The notes under the pieces are model-generated. The model saw only the letters and a list, made by a program, of their open reading frames with translations. It searched no databases and had not been told where the DNA came from. From assembly GCA_964016885.1 (NCBI GenBank), contig OZ024740.1, forward strand, positions 79,298,001-79,362,000: 64,000 bases of DNA, read 5' to 3'. This document shows, in pieces, positions 39,931 to 53,278 of the stretch (position 1 is the stretch's first letter; each line of letters starts with the position of its first letter). The DNA is from Eledone cirrhosa. Taxonomy: Eukaryota. A program made the position numbers and the translations under genes.

Positions 39931-40404
39931 ATAAGTACTCAATGCCATTGTAGAGATTAATATATTTCTACTTACCATCCACTCTTTTTACATTGCTCCC
40001 TTCTTTCTTTCTGTTTCCCCTCTTTCTTGCCTTTCTTCTTTTCTATTTTTCTTTCCCCTTTTCTTTTTTCTTCTTTTCCTTCACTTCCTCTCCCTTTCAG
40101 TATATCTCTCTATTGCTGTGTCTACTCTGTCACAAGGACCCCCTCTTCCTATCCCATCCTCCCTGTGATTTTTTTTGTTTAATTTATATACCGTCTCCCA
40201 GTTCTATGAAAGATTAATCTTTTCTGATGACTCCGTGAGTACTCAAGAGAAACTCCAAAATTCCAGACTAAGGTGACTCAAGCATGGTCTTTATATATAT
40301 ATATATAGTGTAGAACACTGGAAGGTAATATCCGTGGTGGTAGAGCACTCAGTCCATGGGACGAGTTAGGTAGAAGTCATTACACAACAGTTAGTTCACC
40401 ATAC

Positions 40405-40442
40405 CGAGAACAATTGTTTCACCTTAGCGGATCCTCAGCTCG
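40405..40442 (-). ncRNA. Minimal hammerhead in a 140-bp insertion (40307-40448)
   Basis: Minus strand: cgag-CTGAGGA-tcc gctaa ggt-GAAA-caattg-TT-ctcg. Confidence 0.85.
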
Positions 40443-40445
40443 TAA

Positions 40446-40501
<56 letters not shown>

Positions 40502-40572
40502 CAAAAGGGATATTTAATTTGTTAATTCAACAAATATATATATTTATAACTGATTCGAAGCACTCGACAGAT

Positions 40573-42283
40573 AGTCGAACAAAGAACCATCTTCATCTTA
40601 CAGACCCACACTCCCCCCGGCCTGAATTCCCCACCCTTATTCCTTTAGCCTTCGACCGCCCCCTCCCCCCACACATATCCCTCACTAACACCACTAACAC
40701 ACCCCTCCTTTTCACCGCCCACCCCACAACTAACAATACTAACACCTCCACTCCACCCCTCATCCGACCACCCTTCCCCAACTAACATACTAACATCCCT
40801 CCCTTCTTCTTCCCCCCTCCTTATCACACGCACACACCCACCGGCACATATATACACGCGCTCACACTAAACACACACCCTACTACCACCACTAACCATC
40901 ACCCCCACACCTCCATCCCACCACCCCGCAACTAACATCACTAACACCCCCTGACCCCAAGCACACGAACACACGCACCCACTTACACCACCCACCCCAC
41001 ACGCAACTAACATCACTAACACCCCCAACCCCACGCACACGTACCCACACACCCTCGTACACCACCAACTCTACACACCCTACCACCACTAGCCCCCACT
41101 CACACCTGCATTCAACCCTTTCCCCACCTCCCGTATACTAACACCCACTAACACCCCCTTCATCAAACTACACACACACCAGTACACCACACTCCCTCCA
41201 TCGACCCCCACACCCTTCTCTCCCCGCTCCACCCACACCCTTTCTCCACACTCACTCATCCCACTAACACCTCTACTAATACACACACACACCCTCCTCA
41301 CTCCAACTTTCACACCTACCCATCCTCGCCCCTTTACCATTCCACCCAACTGCTGCTATGCCCTCTGACCACCTCCCAGCACAAACAGACACACAGCACT
41401 CCCACCGCCTTGACCTCTTCCTGTTGCGCGCGCACCCCACATCTCTCCTCTTCCGACCATCTCTTCATGGAATACTCGTATGTGGAACTTGACCACCTTG
41501 GAATCTACTAACATCATAGGAGTTTACCAACATTTCAACCACATCCTCTTACGGAATCACCTATATAACTCACCCACACACCCCAAAAATTTTTTTTTCT
41601 CCCACACGCCACCTACACCCACAACACGCTTAAACCCCACACTCACGTGCTTTCCACCACATATTTACACCTTCAGCCTCCGGATTCCTCTCCCCCCACC
41701 CCTCTATCCACACACGTACAGACACTCCGACCTACACCCCACCTCACACACACCTCTTCCTGAACATGCAACCCCGTTCTTCCCCCAACCCTTGCTTTCA
41801 CATACACACACACACACACGTACACCTACACACACACACCACCTTCAGCCCTCCCCGCCCGGACACCCCGTCTCCCTCTCCCCACTACACCCCCCCACCA
41901 CCCCTACACCCCCACTCCACCCCCACCACCCCTACATACCCCACACCCTTCCACCACCTGTTTTACCCCTTTTTAATTTCAGTTTATTTTGATCATGCTT
42001 TTATATTTATTTTTATTTCATTTCATTTAATTTTGATCATGCTTTATTTTTATTTTTATTTTTAATTTCATTCGCACCGTTTCCTCCCACCCCCTTTTCG
42101 CTATATGTCTCTCCACCACTCCCCTACACACCCTTTGAACTCTCTTCCCACACACTTCTCACCTGGGGAAGGGCTTATGCCCGAAACGTCGTTCCCCACC
42201 ACCACCCCACTCTCCAGAGCGTGAAATTAATAAACATTCGTTGTACTGCCTCTCTGTTTTGTTCCTGTTCAAATTTTCCATTA
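40573..42283 (+). mobile_element. PLE family H: GIY-YIG C-terminus, long C/A-rich 3' UTR, HHR 42161-42192
   Basis: Matches 55940-56847; ac-CTGGGGA-a gggc ttat gccc-GAAA-cg-TC-gt. Confidence 0.85.
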
Positions 42284-42300
42284 TATATATATATATATAT

Positions 42301-43000
42301 ACACGAGGATCGGAATTAAAGTATTCCGCAGTTCACAGTAATAATAATAATATTAGCTCAAAGACAATTTTCTTCTGAGCTCAAATACAAATATATTACA
42401 CAAAGATAAGTGTGTTACACAGTGAGAAGTGTGTAAAGAATTATTACAAGTGAGTTTAACCGTTACTGTATAGAGAACAATATCTACAGGTTAGCAATTA
42501 AATAGAAAAAAACTAAGTCAGAATCAAATCTCTGAAGTAGAGTTTTAAATTACCAACCAAGCTCCAAATTGTTGAGCTAATAAATTCGAATGGTTGGGCT
42601 GCTCTCTCTAGCATTTTCCCCAATCCATGAGAGCCGTTATTTGATGCAAATAACACGTGATTTCGCTCTACTCTGGGCAGCGTGTATATTAGCTTTCTCT
42701 CTATCCATGAGGTTAGATGTGTCGTGAACAGAATCCACATTTGCTGACTGAGGAACCTGTGGGCTGTTAAACTGCACATTTCTGTGGCGAAACGAACTGG
42801 ATTCGTATCAGCAAACTTAGTTATAAGGTTGGTAATTTAAAACTCTACTTCAGAGATTTGATTCTGACTTAGTTTTTTTCTATTTAATTGCTAACCTGTG
42901 GATATCGTTCTCCATACAGTAACGGTTAAATTCACTTGTAATAATTATTTACACACTTCTCACTGTGTAACACATTTCTCTTTGTGTAATATATTTGTAT
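42301..43000 (+). mobile_element. Fold-back element with ~174-bp arms
   Basis: 42385-42558 is the reverse complement of 42827-43000; ~84-bp left extension; HHR in the spacer. Confidence 0.88.
42740..42815 (+). ncRNA. Hammerhead ribozyme
   Basis: tttgctga-CTGAGGA-...-GAAA-cgaa ctgga ttcg-TA-tcagcaaa; 8-bp stem I. Confidence 0.9.
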
Positions 43001-43190
43001 ATATATATATATATAAAATAGAATATAAAAGAAAAGCGAACACAGACATATAGATATATGTGTTCAAATCGTAAGGGACCTGATTCGCTAAGGTGAAATG
43101 AATACTAACTATAGACAATTGGGTTTGCTTATCTCAATTTAAGAACAAAATTAAGAAAATAAATACAAACCCGAATTGTGGTAACTACCA

Positions 43191-43268
43191 ATCACCCAGA
43201 CAACTTGTTGTTGTTTCGCAAAGTTAATTGTGAATAGAAATACTAATCCAAGCTCATCAGTGGGTGAT
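43191..43268 (-). ncRNA. Hammerhead ribozyme in insertion 43015-43468
   Basis: Minus strand: atcaccca-CTGATGA-gc...gc-GAAA-caac aacaa gttg-TC-tgggtgat. Confidence 0.92.
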
Positions 43269-43462
43269 AAATTAGTATCCTAGACACATCTATGTATGGT
43301 ATATAAAAATAAAACAGTGCACATGGTATCCTAGCGAGTCTCACAAACCCACACCACTAAAAATACCAGCCAGGTTTACTCGACATTTGAAATAGCTCAA
43401 CAAATTAAGTGAGCCGAATATATTAAATGTATAAATTGAGTTCCTAACTCAATTTATACATT

Positions 43463-43513
<51 letters not shown>

Positions 43514-43515
<2 letters not shown>

Positions 43516-43662
43516 TTTATCCCGGGTTCAATCGGGGGTAACCACAGTAAGTAAGGTGCTCAATACATAGCAGAATATAAATATTTAATATAGAAATGGC
43601 TTCTACAGGACTAGAACTGTTTCATTCGGGAGAAATCGTCAGGAAGCTTCGGGCTTCCTGAT
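43514..43662 (-). mobile_element. Family C pLTR; HHR 43599-43647
   Basis: gcttc-CTGACGA-tttctcccgaat-GAAA-cagttctagtcctg-TA-gaagc; followed by 9-nt inverted stub gcttcctga. Confidence 0.87.
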
Positions 43663-43665
43663 ATA

Positions 43666-43713
<48 letters not shown>

Positions 43714-43715
<2 letters not shown>

Positions 43716-45193
43716 CGGCGATGAATTAGTTTAGCGAGGTTTTTTATATGAAATCGTGTGTCGAAACAAATATTGTTATACCTGATACTCAAAAACTCAG
43801 CAATGTCCAGTCGTGCTAAGTTTAATATTCTGATCGCAGATTTGGTACGAGTGATGAAGAATGTGTCCAGCATGTGCGACCCAACAGAAATGGAAAGACA
43901 CATCCAACACTTCATCAACCGCATGCAGTTCTCTGGCTACAACTAAAGTGACAGAGTCAGAGTATACGAAGGAGCCATGGAAAAGTATAAGACCCTCATA
44001 GAACTGGACATGAAAGTAATTTGCCCATTATACAGGAGCAAATCATGGAATAGCTTAGATAGGGCTAGACATAAGATAGGGAAAGCCACATCATGGTACG
44101 ACAACCAGAGATACCAGAGTGTCATGTTTGTGGAGGCCACCCCTGGAGGGAAATTAGCTAACCAGTGTAGAAAGGCCCTGAGAAAGACCCACTTAAAAAT
44201 AAAGGTGGTAGAAAAGCCAGGAACCACCATAAAATCCCTGATCAGCAAAACCTACCCTTTTAAGAAAACCCACTGTACCAATAGGAAATGCATCATATGT
44301 AAGGTGAACCCCCGGATAAACTGTAAAACTAGAAACGTAGTCTATAGCATAAGATGTACAGAGGGTACTTGCAGAAACATGACAACAACATACATAGGTG
44401 AGACAGCTCGTAGCATAGGTGAAAGGATAGACCAACACTGGGGGGAACTAAAAGGACGAAAAAACGGGTCAGTACTATACGAACATGCTAGACAACAACA
44501 TGACGGTAACATAGACAACATAGAAATTAGAATAATATCTAAAGATAGAAATGACCCAGCAGATAGGCAAATCAGAGAGGCCAGTAAAATAGAAATTAGA
44601 AGACCAAAGCTAAACAGAAAGAATGAGTGGAATAACAACAACACCCAAACAAACAACACTGACCTAAGAGAAGTATAAATAAGTAAATAAAATAAGATAA
44701 ATAAATACATACACAAGCACAATAACAACAAGCACATAAACACACACTAGTCACCCAGCAAACATAACACTATACACACTAGTCACACAGCAAACATAAC
44801 ACTATACACACACGCAAACGCATGCGCAAAGAAGACAAAATAAAATAAACAAACAAGCAAATAAATAAATAAATATATAGACAGACTGAATAAAAAATGG
44901 CGTAGACATACAACACAACAGGAGGAAAATATAACACCACTGACGATGTTGCAGATGTGCAACGAAAGATTTATGTAAATTATGTAAACTATATATATGT
45001 GTTTGTGTCTATATTGTATCTGTATTATTTTTGACCGTCAGTCAGTCAATGGCAACATTGAGGACCGAGTAAGTTAGATTACCGATATAAAAGACACAGA
45101 AGCGAGAAGCGAAAACCAACCAAACAGTGAGTGTGTTCTGTTATTAATTCTGGCAATATTACACAAATATGACCCTCCCCAAGTATAACAATA
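43714..45193 (+). mobile_element. PLE family B (thumb, linker, GIY-YIG, pLTR, HHR ~44935-44976) with inverted 5' tail
   Basis: ORF 43977-44678, 233 aa; 43714-43781 inverted end plus tail. Confidence 0.93.
43977..44678 (+). CDS. PLE C-terminal region with GIY-YIG endonuclease (from truncated element)
   Basis: CTNRKCIIC, NVVYSIRC, TYIGETARSIGERIDQH, RQIREA..I...RPKLNRKNEW. Confidence 0.88.
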   Translation: MEKYKTLIELDMKVICPLYRSKSWNSLDRARHKIGKATSWYDNQRYQSVMFVEATPGGKLANQCRKALRKTHLKIKVVEKPGTTIKSLISKTYPFKKTHCTNRKCIICKVNPRINCKTRNVVYSIRCTEGTCRNMTTTYIGETARSIGERIDQHWGELKGRKNGSVLYEHARQQHDGNIDNIEIRIISKDRNDPADRQIREASKIEIRRPKLNRKNEWNNNNTQTNNTDLREV

Positions 45194-45204
45194 TATATAT
45201 ATAT

Positions 45205-45293
45205 ATTTATTAAAATAACAGATTAAAGTTTAAGCCAAAAATCGCTGCTTTCACCATTTATAAATTTAGTCTTCAAATATATTATTATTACTA
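45205..45293. mobile_element. Family D micro fold-back
   Basis: Minus 3' end with partial HHR joined to forward tail end. Confidence 0.8.
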
Positions 45294-45316
45294 TATGTAT
45301 ATATATATATATATAT

Positions 45317-45377
<61 letters not shown>

Positions 45378-45384
<7 letters not shown>

Positions 45385-46142
45385 ATACTTTGGTGGGTGG
45401 GTCATGTTGCCAATAAGAAACACACGCACCAGTTGCTTTCACTTCAATTTATTATAAATTAAATTTATAAATTTAGGAATGTATAAATTTCCGGTTGGTT
45501 GGTTGGTTCCACAACCAGACGATTGTTCATATATTGTCAAAGTTCTTTCGTCACACATTCTGTGACCTTTTCAGTGACTGGGGATTCTTTTCTTTGTTTT
45601 TGTGCCTTTTAGACAAATCACAGAGGTAATAAACATAAATCAACTCTAACCAAAATTAAATAGAAAACATGAATGGAATAGCAATTAAGGACAAAATGAA
45701 AACACACACACACATAGAACAAACAACCAACCAGTAACATGCAAATAAACAAATAAATAAACAAATATAAACACACACAGATACCCGGATGTAACACATG
45801 CGCAAACTAAGCACACAACACACACAAAACAAGATGGCGTGGGACAGAACAAGGGAGAGGCACAAAAACAAAGAAAAGAATCCCCAGTCACTGAAGAGGT
45901 CACAGAATGTGTGACGAAAGAACTTTGACAATATATGAACAATCGTCTGGTTGTGGAACCAACCAACCAACCAACCGGAAATTTATAAATTCTTAAATTT
46001 ATAAATTTAATTTATAAAAATTGGAGTGAAACACTGGTGCGTGTGTTTCTTATTGGCAACATGACCCTCCCAAAGTATAACAATATCGGTTTCAACACAC
46101 GTTTTCAGATAAAGAATCTTGCTAAACAAATTCAGAAACGAA
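45378..46142. mobile_element. Family A fold-back with an HHR in each arm (45536-45578 minus; 45887-45929 plus)
   Basis: 45378-45607 is the reverse complement of 45858-46086; tail only on the right arm. Confidence 0.9.
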
Positions 46143-46157
46143 ATATATAATATATAT

Positions 46158-46203
<46 letters not shown>

Positions 46204-46208
46204 GGATG

Positions 46209-46266
<58 letters not shown>

Positions 46267-46466
46267 CAGGCAGTCAGACTGACAGATAGTTAGGCAGAGA
46301 GACACACAGACTGACAGATAGATAGACAGACAGATAGACAGATAGGTTGTGTTTCTGATGAGTACAGAAATATGTATTGCTGAATATGGCAAAGTTATAT
46401 AAAGACGCTTAAGTGGGTGTGCTTGGTTAAATAATTTCTTCAAAACTACACACACACACACACGCA

Positions 46467-46535
<69 letters not shown>

Positions 46536-46659
46536 ACACACACATACACACACACACACATACACACCAATATAAACATATATATACATATATATACATA
46601 GTGACACACCGACTGAGTCACATGATATTGAAACTCCAGTTGTGATGTCAAACATCACA

Positions 46660-46717
<58 letters not shown>

Positions 46718-47088
46718 TCACTTTCTAATATATATATATATATATTTATAATATATATATATATAATATATATATATATTTATTAATGAATGTTTATTAA
46801 TGTGATGTTTATATATATATATATGTTGTTCTCTCTCTCTCTCTCTCTCTCTGTTTATATTAACACATTCTTCATAGAAGTTACTCTTCAGTTCCCAGCA
46901 GTCACCAAGATAAGACTCCTATGCATTATCTAGATATCAACTGTTGCCACTCGAGTCCAGATATAGCGTGGGTTAGATATATATAAATATATAAACTATG
47001 CAGACTAATATCCACATGTATTTAGTCTCGCAGTGAAACTAGTCCCCGTGGGGGCACTTTCAACTGCATCAAATGAGAAAAGAATCGA

Positions 47089-47174
<86 letters not shown>

Positions 47175-47191
47175 GTGTGTGTGTGTGTGTG

Positions 47192-47480
47192 TGAAGGCAA
47201 GCAGCCTAGCATTTAGGAGTTTTGAGCTTAAGATCTTAATGTCGTGGCTTCAATTCCAGAATCGGGGACCGCTTTGTGTTCTTGAGCAAAACGCTTCATT
47301 TTATGTTTTAATCAACTCAGTTGAAAATAAGTACCATCAATAGCTGAGGGTTAAACCTGCAATAGACTGGCATCCTCTCGAGGGCGGAGATCTTGTATTC
47401 TCCATTGCTTAACGCCAATAAAACTGAGATAAGCTCCGGCCTGATGAGCCTCCTGATTTGAGACAAGCTTTAATCTTTAA
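47192..47480 (+). mobile_element. Older tRNA-derived SINE
   Basis: tRNA-like head, tgtgttcttgagcaaaacgctt core, gataagctccggcctgatgagcc tail. Confidence 0.6.
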
Positions 47481-47999
47481 CCTGTATACACATGTATTGG
47501 TAACCCATGCTGTATTAGTTGTTCTTTAGTGAGTATTTAAAGAGGCAATCCCATCAAACAATTTAGACTTGTCCAGCTTAGTAATCACCTCGGACGACAC
47601 CGTTCTTCACCCCACCCAGGATATTCTGTCTGCTTTTCGGCTTAAGCCCTTAAAATCCCCAGTCGACCTAAGAACCCATACCGCTACCCGGCCCGATCAT
47701 TTTCCTTTAAGACCCTTAAAAGACGGAGAAAGAAGTCCCCATCGACCCCAATGAGGAAATGAACCCCCATATCTCCCAGATACTTAGACGCTTAACCCTA
47801 TGTGCGTGTGTGCGTGTATATATATATATGTAAATATATATATATATGTGTGGGTGTGTGTGCGTGTGCGTGTGCATGTGTGCGTGTGTTTGTGTGTGTT
47901 TGTGTCTGTCTCTGTGTGTGTGTGCATAAAGTATTGTATAATTAGATTTATTCATATTCTTATAACAAGGTTACGGTGTTTCAGCAAACTGCATTTACT

Positions 48000-48065
<66 letters not shown>

Positions 48066-48545
48066 TATATATATATTTACATATATATATATATATACAG
48101 ACACACACATATATGAATATATACATACATACACACTCGCGCGCAGAAGTGTGTGTATGTGTGTGTGTGTGTGTTACCATCTATCAGATTCTACTGAAAA
48201 GGTATTGCTCAACCCCCAGATACCAGTAGATGTGTATAGTACTATGTGCGGAAACCGAACTCGGAATCACGTCCTTGCTTAGCGAACTTCTCTTACCTAA
48301 ACATCCATCGATTTAGCTCTTATTTATAAACATGTCGATCAACGTCAAAGCTTCCTCTTCTTACGTTAGCCAGTTTTGCTTTTGTTGACCGCTGGTCAGT
48401 TGTATCATGTTTAGCCCATACAACAGCAATAAACTAGACAACAGTGATCGAATTATGAAGTGATCGATAATTTCATTGGCTCACCTCGACATGACTAGAG
48501 TGCCAGTTAGTTATTTCATACTATTGGCTATATACGCCTACATAT

Positions 48546-48652
<107 letters not shown>

Positions 48653-48797
48653 TATACACATACTCCACACACACACACATACATAAACACACTCACTCAC
48701 AGATACGTACACACATACATATATATATATGTATACACACACACAAACATACTCACGCACAGATACACACACACACATACATATATATAAATATACA

Positions 48798-48910
<113 letters not shown>

Positions 48911-49713
48911 GCATACATACATATACATGCATACACACATACATACACATAGAAACACATATAGATACGTGTGCGTGTGGGTGAGTGTCAGTTCGTAATG
49001 CTTGCTGTTACATGTACACAAGCATATATTTATGTGGGTGTAGCTAATACACACTCACACTATATATATGTGTCTGTGTGTCTGTGTGTTTGTCTGTGTG
49101 TATATGTGTATGTAGATAGATATAAATATCGATAGATATATAGCTACAAACATACATCCATTACACATATGCTCTCACAGAAGATGTATATATGTGGTGC
49201 GGAGGAATATATACAATATACATATGATGCTAGTCTCGTCGTTGCGTTGTGCCGTGTTCGGTCCCACTGTAGTGTCCTTTAAGGAAGTGTCTTCTACCAT
49301 ATTTTCGGTTTGACCAATAATTAGTAAGCTATAGGCATGTAGTGATTAGGGAAATATAAGTTACTGAGGGATGATACTGTCGTCGCCTCCATCTCTCTCG
49401 CCCTCCCCATCTCTCTGTATGGTGTGAGCAAATGGGGTCCCACGTGCTGGCCTCCCCACTGCGCCAGAAGGCAGAATGGAGAAGGCGTTTTCCCGGAGAA
49501 TGGTAAAGGAGATGCGCTGGAAGAGCCATTCCATCTCGCGAGGCTCTCATCTGCGGTTGGCCAGCTCAGTGTCTTTACATACTTACTTTCGGGATTTTCG
49601 TGTAACAGGTGTTGGAACAATCTAAAATTATCATAGATTGGCTGGGTGAACACACCTCACCAAAAATGTCGATATCCCCAAATACAGTAGGTGTTCGGTA
49701 ATGTTTTAATGTG

Positions 49714-50174
49714 TACTCTCGGATCTGGATTAAGCCCCCCCCCCCCTCCCCGACCACCACTTATTAATTTTTCAGGTTTTTCCAAGCACCCGCCCCTACT
49801 CTTATTCCAAATACTTACCCCCGCTTATTAAATTTTGCTAATCTATCTGCGAAATTTTATTTTAAGTGGTAGAATTTTCTTCATACATTAAAAAACACTA
49901 TACTTGACAAAAAAAAGTACATTACAAAAAATCCAATATGTTATAAAATAAATAAGATGGGTTGGGTTCTCAATATGTAAACTAAATGACTAATTCTGGT
50001 TTTTAAAAAAATCAACGAGACAACCTAGAAAAATTACCCTACCACCACCACTACCACCACCCCGCGCTTATTCCATCCTCCGCTTGTTCCAACCCCTCCC
50101 CGCATATTCTACCTCTCCGCTTATTCCAACCCACCCGCCTATTCCATCCTCTTATTATTTAGGACCCGAGAGTA
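49714..50174. mobile_element. MITE, Tc1/pogo-like
   Basis: TIRs tactctcggatc / gacccgagagta with TA ends; subterminal cccgcttatt repeats. Confidence 0.7.
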
Positions 50175-50393
50175 GTTAATGAACATATGTAGTAACCAAT
50201 GATACATCAACTGTGCATTAATGTAATATTGACTTTTCCTGGCTAATTGAATAACTTTGAGAAAGTGTTGTTTTAGCGTCTGCTGTAAAATATATGAGTA
50301 TTTTTTACTTTCTAAATACGAGAATCGGCTAAAACATTCATAGTCTGATTATGAAGGAGTAATACTAGAGGTGTGAAATTTTCAGCTCACCCA

Positions 50394-50440
<47 letters not shown>

Positions 50441-50443
<3 letters not shown>

Positions 50444-50769
50444 GTATTTCCCGGCGCCGAAGACGGTTCGTCAAGGACGCACCCTAATCCCTAATTTTGG
50501 CAACCAAAAATTAGAAAAAAAATTATTATTTCTACTTTTGGCACAAGGCCAGCAATCACCCAGTGCATTACTGGTACTTTATTTTATCGACCCCGTAAGG
50601 ATGAAAGGCAAAGTTAACTTCGGCGGGATTTGAACTCAGAATGGCAAGGGCTGTAACTCTATGCGTCAAAGCATGGCGTCTGACCCTCTACCGATACTGC
50701 CAATCCACCAAGCAGCGTTCGGCCTCCAGGACGCATGATAGATTTTTTAGGCTTTTGTCAGGGAAATAC

Positions 50770-50772
<3 letters not shown>
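50441..50772. mobile_element. pogo/Tigger-like MITE interrupted by a minus-strand SINE (50524-50710)
   Basis: TIRs accgtatttccc / gggaaatacggt in (TA)n; internal SINE of the 8663 family. Confidence 0.8.
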
Positions 50773-50822
<50 letters not shown>

Positions 50823-50826
<4 letters not shown>

Positions 50827-52940
50827 ACAGGGAGAAAGAGACGATTATTAGGAAGAAAAATATTTTTTTTTCCTTTTTTATTTCTTTCTCTCTTTTTTCT
50901 GGGTTAGAAAATGATTAAAACGAAATATTTTACTTTGTGTGAAGTGTTAAGGTATTAGTTGATTTATTTATTAATTAACAATGGCATTTATTTATCTATT
51001 TATATATTTAATAATTGTCTATTACCGGTTTCAGCATTTTTATGCATTATCAAATGATAGTGAAAAGTTTTAGTGTAGAATGGTGGTGTCGCACATGTTA
51101 AAGAAATGGTACAGAAAGAATAATGTTATTTACAAACAAGGTTTATGAAGTGAAAAGAAAAAAGAAAAATACGGGCGTAATGTAGAGCATAAAAAGTCAA
51201 TATGAAAGAAAAAATAATGTTATTTACAGGCATAGTTCTTGAAGTTAAGCAGATCAAAATGTGTTAATATAACAAGGGTGCTTAGTTGATCCATGATTCC
51301 ATGATGGAGGCAAATGGTGGACTGAGGTTTGATATGATTTCCCTTTTTAGAGAGTTAATATGCAGGGGGAGGCAATTTATGCTGGATGATATTTAATTTA
51401 TTTGAGAAAAAGGATTAGGTAGGGTGTGAGGGAGGTAACTCTTGTAAATGTTTGATTGTTTGTTGCAGTTTTAGTTTGGTCCGAAGTTTAGTGCATTAAG
51501 TAGAGGTTGGAATTTGTTAATGAAATATGTTTGCTTATTGGTACGATGGATGAAAGTAGCGTTGTCTATGAATTTGTAAATGGGAAAAATTTTTAAGTTT
51601 GGATGTTGGTTGTGTGCACAATTGGCGATATGTTCACTAAATGCAATCTTTCTGTATTCCTGTATTTTAATTTGTGATTTATGGACGGTCATACGTTGAT
51701 GGAGGCTGTTTTTTGTCTGTCCTATGTAGTGCTCTTGACAACCTGAGCAGCTCAAAACATAGATTACGTTTTCAGATGCACATGTAAAGTTGTGTTTAAC
51801 TGTGAAATGTTGACCTTGTTTAAAATGGAATGTTGAACCTTCTATTAGATTTATGCATATGCCACAGTTGGACCTTCCTTTTGTTACTGTAGGGTTCATT
51901 GTGAGGGTTTGTTGGATTTTGGCTTGTGTGAGGATGTTTATGGATTTAGGTTGTCTTTTGCTCTTTATGATGTTGTGTGTTTGGAGGATTTTGTTCATTC
52001 TTGGGTCTCTTTTTAGTAAAGGAATGTTCTGGAGGATGGTGCAGAATGCCTCATTGTTGAGGGGGTTGTGTGTGGAGATGTATGGTAGAGTTTTTTGTTG
52101 CGGTTCATTCCTGGGTTTGGGGTGCCTGTGTTCCTGGATGTCGAGTTTTAGGGCACGTTGGAATCCATTGTTGATTAGGGATGGTGGGTAGTTTCTGCTG
52201 ATAAGTGTGTTTTTTAATTCTAGTGGTGTGTAGCATGCGTATTTATCTGAAACTATTGTGCAGATCTTCTGGCTAGGTTATAAGGAATTGCCATTTTGGT
52301 GTGTCTAGGGTGGCACGAGTTGAATGGGAGGTATTGTTCGGAGTCTGTGGGTTTGTAGTATATGTCTGTTTGTATTTTGTTGCTTGTTTTCTTGATGGGG
52401 ATGTCGAGGAAAGGGAGTTGTTCATGGCTGTAATCCATTGTGAATTGTAAGTTTGTGTTGAGTCCATTCAGAAGGGTTTTAAACCCAATCAGTCTATCTA
52501 TACTTTCATGCCAGAGGATGAAGCAGTCGTCCAGATATCTCTTCCAGTTCTTTTCTATGTGTTGGTAGAAGTGGTTACCGTATTTGTCTCGAACTTTATA
52601 GTAGAGAGTGGTTTCCAAATATCCCATGACAAGGTTGGCGTATGAGGGGGGCTACTTTCGTGCCCATGGCAGTCCCAGATTTCTGTCTGTCGTATTTGGC
52701 ATTGAATTCGAAGAAGTTGTTTTCCAAGATGAATTTGAATCCCTCCAACACAAATTCTTTAGGGATGCGCTGTGGGAGTTCACTAGGGACATTTTCAAGC
52801 CAGAATTGTATTGCCTCTATACCTAGGTTGTGTGGGATATTGGAATATAAATTGATGACATCAAAGGTTACTAGTAGGGTATGTTCATTATTGAGTGTTG
52901 TTGGGAGGTGGTTGAGCATGTCAAGGTCGTCCCTTATGAA
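50823..52940 (-). mobile_element. 5'-truncated Neptune-type PLE (family G), related to 21967-26876
   Basis: ORF pieces 52596-52919, 52253-52627 (RYLDD) and 51471-51998 (VIYVLSC..YIGQTK); frameshifted. Confidence 0.93.
51019..51060 (-). ncRNA. Hammerhead-like motif, U3-A8 variant
   Basis: Minus strand: ctatcat-TTGATAA-tgcat aaaa atgct-GAAA-ccgg-TA-atag; stem I imperfect. Confidence 0.68.
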
Positions 52941-53035
52941 TATATATATATATATATATATATGAAGTTTTCATATATATATATATATCCTAACTCGTGT
53001 GCTTCCTCTCCACATTTTATTATTATTATTATTAT

Positions 53036-53084
<49 letters not shown>

Positions 53085-53086
<2 letters not shown>

Positions 53087-53267
53087 CGAAGGAAATGTGG
53101 TAAGGAACCAGGTGGACCATAACGCACCAAAGTACTCAATACTTAGGGTAGTAGAGTGGGTAATAGGAACGAGTAGGACCCCGACGGCTGAGCACAAGCC
53201 GTTTCTGAGTCCAGAATTAGCCGTCGTAACGGCTTGAGCTCAGCCGTCGGGGTCCTACTCGTTCCTA
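53085..53267. mobile_element. Family E mini fold-back
   Basis: Inverted tail plus end to 53205, then forward HHR 3' half to the 3' end. Confidence 0.87.
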
Positions 53268-53278
53268 TATATATATAT

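Noticed and set aside
40220-40260. Hammerhead at ctgatgactcc...gagaaac
   Set aside because: Stem III and cleavage triplet are missing.
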